Positions 59,363 through 64,000 of a stretch of DNA of 64,000 bases are shown here, one piece after another (the stretch's first letter is position 1; each line of letters begins with the position of its first letter). The notes under the pieces were generated by a model. The model was not told where the DNA came from, did not search any database, and worked only from the letters and a program-made list of their open reading frames with translations. The position numbers and the translations under genes were made by a program. Origin of the DNA: Burkholderiales bacterium (GTDB lineage: Bacteria > Pseudomonadota > Gammaproteobacteria > Burkholderiales > Burkholderiaceae_C); the NCBI GenBank assembly GCA_947373745.1, contig CANBZB010000001.1:2230-66229 (forward strand), given 5' to 3'.

Positions 59363-60346
59363 GTGGATTTGTACAAGCGGATATTTCAACATTGCCTGAT
59401 ATTTTTGTTCCTATGCTCTGTTAGCTGGGGATGCATTGCGCAAGCTCAGGCAATCAACAAAACTGCCAATACCAAACCGCTGATGCAGGCTAAATCGATT
59501 GACCCTGATGTTTTTTATGTGCAAGGCGTCTCTGAAATGGGCTCGTCTGCTAACCAAAACTTTATATCTAATGCTGGATTTATTGTGACCCCCGTTGGCG
59601 TTGTGGTGGTTGATGCTTTGGGTTCTCCTGCGCTTGCAAGAAGACTGTTGGTTGAGATTAGAAAAATAACCAATAAACCCATACACACAGTGGTGTTGAC
59701 GCATTACCACGCCGACCATATTTATGGGCTGCAGGTTTTCAAAGATGCTGGCGCACGTATTGTGGCGCATACCGCTGCGCGTGAATACCTATTTTCAGAT
59801 ACAGCCCAGTTGCGACTTGAAGTCTCCCGTCAGGAATTGTGGCCATGGATTGACGAAAAAACACGGCTTGTTCCCGCAGACGTTTGGTTGACCGGACCGC
59901 AGACCCTCCATATAGGCGGCATACGCTTGGATATTCAACCAGTAGGACCTTCACACACCGCGGAAGACTTGGTGGTGTATCTGCCGCAGAAAAAAATATT
60001 ATTCGTGGGCGACTTGGTCTTTAGAAACCGTATTCCGTATGTGGGGCAGGCAGATAGCAAGCATTGGATTGCAGCTTTACAAAATTTACTCACATTTGAC
60101 ACCCAATGGATCATTCCAGGCCACGGTGCTATCTCTAGTGATCCTAAAGGCGACATGACATTGACGCGAGACTATCTCATTTACTTAAGAGAATCCATGG
60201 GGCGCGCAGCAAACGATATGGAGCCCTTTGAGAGCGCTTATACCAATACCGATTGGTCTAAGTTTGAGAAAATGCCCCTCTTTAAGCCAGCTAATCGAAT
60301 GAACGCCTACAACACCTATTTGCTGATGGAACAAGAATCCAAATGA
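59363..60346 (+). CDS. MBL-fold metallo-hydrolase (SoxH-like)
   Basis: NAGFIVT, THYHADH, HTAED, GDL, PGHG; signal peptide. Confidence 0.85.
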   Translation: MDLYKRIFQHCLIFLFLCSVSWGCIAQAQAINKTANTKPLMQAKSIDPDVFYVQGVSEMGSSANQNFISNAGFIVTPVGVVVVDALGSPALARRLLVEIRKITNKPIHTVVLTHYHADHIYGLQVFKDAGARIVAHTAAREYLFSDTAQLRLEVSRQELWPWIDEKTRLVPADVWLTGPQTLHIGGIRLDIQPVGPSHTAEDLVVYLPQKKILFVGDLVFRNRIPYVGQADSKHWIAALQNLLTFDTQWIIPGHGAISSDPKGDMTLTRDYLIYLRESMGRAANDMEPFESAYTNTDWSKFEKMPLFKPANRMNAYNTYLLMEQESK

Positions 60347-60837
60347 AGCCCGTGATGCGACGCCGTATTTTTGTACAAAGGCTCTCCGTGGGGCTGGTCA
60401 TGACGGGTGTTGCTAGTAGTTCTTTGGCAGCACCAATCACTTTACCGGTGACAGATTCATTGCCCAGCGCTTTGGTGATTGCTTTGCAAGCTAAGCAGCC
60501 ATTGGTCGTTATGGTGAGTTTGCAGGGCTGTCCCTTTTGTAAAGTGGTGCGCGAAAACTATTTGCATCCCTTGCGCGATACAGGCTTACATATCGTGCAA
60601 ATCGATATGCGTGATAACAGGCAGATCGTTGACTTCGATGGATCTTCCAGTACACAGGATGCATGGATCCGAAAATACGGGATCAAGCTTGCACCAACGG
60701 TCCTATTTTTCGGAAGCCAAGGCCGTGAGGTTGCTGCGCGATTAAAGGGCGCATATTTGCCCGATTTCTATGGCGCCTATTTGGATGAGCAACTGCTTAT
60801 TGCACGCCAAGTTCTTGCAACGCACAAACAAAGTTAA
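60343..60837 (+). CDS. Thioredoxin-fold protein (SoxW/SoxS-like)
   Basis: RRR leader, GCPFC motif, APTVLFF. Confidence 0.8.
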   Translation: MKPVMRRRIFVQRLSVGLVMTGVASSSLAAPITLPVTDSLPSALVIALQAKQPLVVMVSLQGCPFCKVVRENYLHPLRDTGLHIVQIDMRDNRQIVDFDGSSSTQDAWIRKYGIKLAPTVLFFGSQGREVAARLKGAYLPDFYGAYLDEQLLIARQVLATHKQS

Positions 60838-60900
60838 TCAAAAATGAAGTTTTTGAGAGGAACGGTTACGCCTACTGGCTTATTCATTAGGATGTCATCC

Positions 60901-61221
60901 ATGAAGAAATTTTTCATGTCTGCAGTTGTCATGTCGATGGGATTCGTCCAGGCTGAGCAGCATCCTCTGTTCAAGGGTGCAGACATACCCTTAGGTGAAA
61001 AGTTAATTGCAGAAAACAGCTGTAATGAATGTCATATTCGTCGTGTCGGAGGTAATGGAAATAGTATTTATAAACCGACTGGCCGCATCAACACAGCTGG
61101 TGCACTGCGTGGTATGGTCGAATATTGCAATACGGAGCTGAATTTAGGATTCTTCCCCGAGGACACCAACGCTGTAGCTGCTGTTTTGAATTTAAAACAC
61201 TACAAGTTCCGTCAACACTGA
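60901..61221 (+). CDS. Small c-type cytochrome
   Basis: Signal peptide and CNECH haem-binding motif. Confidence 0.85.
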   Translation: MKKFFMSAVVMSMGFVQAEQHPLFKGADIPLGEKLIAENSCNECHIRRVGGNGNSIYKPTGRINTAGALRGMVEYCNTELNLGFFPEDTNAVAAVLNLKHYKFRQH

Positions 61222-61297
61222 CCTATCCACCTTGGTAAACCCGAGGCTTCATACATTCTGCTTCGTTTATATTAGCGTATATTGATATATAAATCAA

Positions 61298-62683
61298 ATG
61301 GAAGGAACGTCTGTGCCTGCTTCAGCTAGAACGCTATCGGGACGAATTCAAAAAGCCCCTGAAAACTTCTTAGATCGCGACGGAATTCGTGCTGTCATTG
61401 CGGAGAGCAAAAGCGGTCGTCGAAACTTCATACGGCAAGCATTTGCTGCTGCAGCCACAGGTGCGGCACTACCCCTAGCCAATGCACAAAGTAACCCTGT
61501 GCCTAGCGAAGGCGGGGATCCTTATATATTGAATTTGCCAGACCACGCGAAAGGCCTGGGACAAGGCGTTGCTGCTGAAGGTGGCTACGGTAAGCCTTCG
61601 CAATACGAAATCAATGTGCAGCGGAGACAAAGTCCTGGGCTTACCCAAACAACGCAGGCATCTGTTTCCTTTGCGCCATTGCAGTCCTTGTTCGGCATCG
61701 TGACGCCAAGTGGTTTGCATTTTGAGCGTCACCACCAAGGCTGGTGGGACATCGACCCGTCCAAACATCGTTTCATGATCAACGGCTTAGTGAAAACGCC
61801 GATGGTATTGACCATGGATGAAATCATGCGCTTGCCGTCTGTATCACGTTTCCACTTTATTGAATGCGGCGCTAATACGGCCGTGGAGTGGGGTAACGTC
61901 GCTGTACCTACTGTGCAATACACCCACGGCATGCTGTCTTGCAGCGAGTTCACCGGTGTGCCACTGATTACATTGCTTGAATTGGCTGGTGCTGATCTCA
62001 AAAATGGAAAATTCGTTTTAGCCGAAGGGGGTGATGGTTCATCCATGACGCGCACCATTCCAATAAGCCTGATTACTTCTGGTGAGGTGCTGGTGGCTTA
62101 CGGGCAAAACGGTGAAATGCTCAGACCTGAGAATGGCTACCCCTTGCGCTTGGTGGTCCCTGGTATTCAAGGCGTTAGTTGGGTTAAATACTTAAGGCGT
62201 GTTGAAGTGGGAGACATGCCTTATGCAGCGAAAGACGAAGCAGTTCATTACATGGACCTCATGCCCAATGGCCAGCATCGCCAGTACACCAATATTCAAG
62301 AATGCAAGAGTGTTGTGACATCCCCTTCAGGGGGACAAGTTTTATTGGACAAAGGTTTTTACAACATCACCGGTCTCGCATGGTCGGGCCGCGGCAGGGT
62401 GAAAAAGGTAGATGTCAGCGTGGATGGAGGACGCAATTGGAAGCAGGCGCGTCTAGAGACCCCTGTGCTGAGTAAAGCATTGACCCGTTTCAATATTGAT
62501 TGGGTGTGGAATGGAAAGCCCGCCATCATCCAAAGTCGTGCTACAGACGATACAGGTTTTGTGCAACCCACTTACCAGCAGTTACGTGCAGTGCGTGATA
62601 CCCGATCCATCTATCACAACAATGCCATTCAGTCCTGGTTGGTACAAGAAAACGGCGAGGTCAAAAATGTACAAGTGTCATAA
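61298..62683 (+). CDS. soxC: Sulfane dehydrogenase molybdopterin subunit SoxC
   Basis: Tat RRNF, TPSGLHFERHH, ECGAN, ENGYPLRL, GLAWSG. Confidence 0.95.
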   Translation: MEGTSVPASARTLSGRIQKAPENFLDRDGIRAVIAESKSGRRNFIRQAFAAAATGAALPLANAQSNPVPSEGGDPYILNLPDHAKGLGQGVAAEGGYGKPSQYEINVQRRQSPGLTQTTQASVSFAPLQSLFGIVTPSGLHFERHHQGWWDIDPSKHRFMINGLVKTPMVLTMDEIMRLPSVSRFHFIECGANTAVEWGNVAVPTVQYTHGMLSCSEFTGVPLITLLELAGADLKNGKFVLAEGGDGSSMTRTIPISLITSGEVLVAYGQNGEMLRPENGYPLRLVVPGIQGVSWVKYLRRVEVGDMPYAAKDEAVHYMDLMPNGQHRQYTNIQECKSVVTSPSGGQVLLDKGFYNITGLAWSGRGRVKKVDVSVDGGRNWKQARLETPVLSKALTRFNIDWVWNGKPAIIQSRATDDTGFVQPTYQQLRAVRDTRSIYHNNAIQSWLVQENGEVKNVQVS

Positions 62684-63743
62684 AGTCATTTTGACGGCCG
62701 TCTTACTTTTTGCAACTGTTGGTGCATTTGCCCAGTCTGTGGCGTATCCGGGCATTGGTCGACCAGCCACCACCAAAGAAGTCGCCGCGTGGGATATTGA
62801 TGTACGTCCTGATTTCAAGGGGCTTCCTGCTGGGTCTGGCTCGGTGTCACAAGGCCAAGATGTGTGGGAGTTGAAGTGTGCACAGTGCCATGGTGTTTTT
62901 GGTGAATCTAACGAAGTGTTCAGTCCGTTGATAGGTGGCACCACTAACGACGACATCAAAAATGGACGCGTCGCCAGTCTCACCAGACGCGACTTCCCTG
63001 GCAGAACCACCATGATGAAAGTGGCGACGGTTTCTACCTTGTGGGACTACATCAACCGCGCCATGCCTTGGACTGCACCTAAATCACTAAAAACCGATGA
63101 GGTGTATGCAGTGACAGCGTACATGTTGAACTTGGCTTACGTTGTACCAGACGATTTTGTTTTATCTGATAAAAATATCGCAGAGGTACAAAAGCGTATG
63201 CCTAACCGCAATGGCATGTCTACACAGCACAACCTATGGCCAGGTAAAGAATTCAACGGAACGGCCAAACCGGATACAGGCAACGTGGCCTGCATGACAG
63301 ACTGCACGCCTGAAATAAAAGTTTCTTCTATGTTGCCCGATTACGCACGCAATGCGCACGGAAACTTGGCTGAACAAAACCGCATAGTTGGTCAACAAAA
63401 AGGCGCTGACACGTTGCAGCCGGAGAGAAAACCTGGGATGAGTGCTAGTGCGTCAGCACCTTCATCGCCTAACATCAAACCTGTAGCCAAGACTGTAGAT
63501 CTGGCTATAGCGCTCCTAGCAAAACACAATTGCAACACCTGCCACGCACAAGACCGAAAAGTTGTTGGCCCAAGTTTTAATGACATTGCGAAAAAATATT
63601 CTGGCAAAGTAGACTACTTGGCTGGGAAAATAAAATCTGGTGGAGCAGGCGTTTGGGGACCCATACCCATGCCAGCGCAAAGTGCACCAGAAGCAGACAT
63701 CAAAACCATCGCGGGCTGGTTAGCCGGTGGTGGGGCAAAATAA
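62667..63743 (+). CDS. soxD: Di-haem cytochrome c SoxD
   Basis: WDIDVRPD, CAQCH, YINRAMP, second haem site CNTCH; overlaps the soxC stop. Confidence 0.92.
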   Translation: MYKCHKVILTAVLLFATVGAFAQSVAYPGIGRPATTKEVAAWDIDVRPDFKGLPAGSGSVSQGQDVWELKCAQCHGVFGESNEVFSPLIGGTTNDDIKNGRVASLTRRDFPGRTTMMKVATVSTLWDYINRAMPWTAPKSLKTDEVYAVTAYMLNLAYVVPDDFVLSDKNIAEVQKRMPNRNGMSTQHNLWPGKEFNGTAKPDTGNVACMTDCTPEIKVSSMLPDYARNAHGNLAEQNRIVGQQKGADTLQPERKPGMSASASAPSSPNIKPVAKTVDLAIALLAKHNCNTCHAQDRKVVGPSFNDIAKKYSGKVDYLAGKIKSGGAGVWGPIPMPAQSAPEADIKTIAGWLAGGGAK

Positions 63744-63771
63744 CACACAAATATTCAATAGGAGCACATCC

Positions 63772-64000
63772 ATGCAAACTCGACGCGAGACCCTCAAGCA
63801 CAGCGCTGCTGTCGCCAGCCTATTGGCGGCTACAGGCCTGTTTCCTCACTATGTACAAGCTTTTGAAAAAGCTGCATTTGAAGCCAAGACCATCAACGAG
63901 GCAATCAAAGCAATGGGTGGTGCAGTCCCAGTAGAGAGCAAAGATGTCACTATCACTGGTCCAGATATCGCAGAAAACGGCGCTGTAGTTCCTTTTGGCG
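63772..64000 (+). CDS. soxY: Thiosulfate carrier SoxY (truncated by the window end)
   Basis: MQTRRETLK Tat leader ... GPDIAENGAVVP; follows soxD; not in the ORF track because there is no stop. Confidence 0.92.
   Translation, partial: MQTRRETLKHSAAVASLLAATGLFPHYVQAFEKAAFEAKTINEAIKAMGGAVPVESKDVTITGPDIAENGAVVPFG

Overview
A 64 kb chromosomal window of about 50% GC. Gene order (hemL-thiD-rubredoxin, yqgE-ruvX-pyrR-pyrB-pyrC, dusB-fis-purH, soxCDY) suggests a Comamonadaceae betaproteobacterium, Limnohabitans-like; this is inference, not a database result. The first ~23 kb is an unusual flagellar locus. It has a giant 1487-aa modular flagellin and a sigma-54 activator heading fliEFGH-X-fliIJ, followed by fliOPQR-flhB and three uncharacterised co-oriented genes (a degenerate-ATPase/SPOR protein and two coiled-coil proteins). 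Three sigma-54 (-24/-12) promoters each have a TGTCR-N6-YGACA-like palindrome nearby. Gene X is a stand-alone 'mini-FliF' that keeps only the second TM helix and the FliG-binding tail; I consider it the best candidate for an undescribed component. The rest of the window holds a ParA pair, an OmpA/Pal lipoprotein, a tRNA(CAT) and a small low-GC islet. It also has a four-gene lipid-carrier glycosylation cassette between paa genes, housekeeping genes, three apparent deletion relics (wHTH, DUF4160/DUF2442, ChpA-like) and the start of a sox sulfur-oxidation cluster. No CRISPR array, rRNA, transposase or integrase was seen. All family assignments come from motifs read by eye, not from searches.
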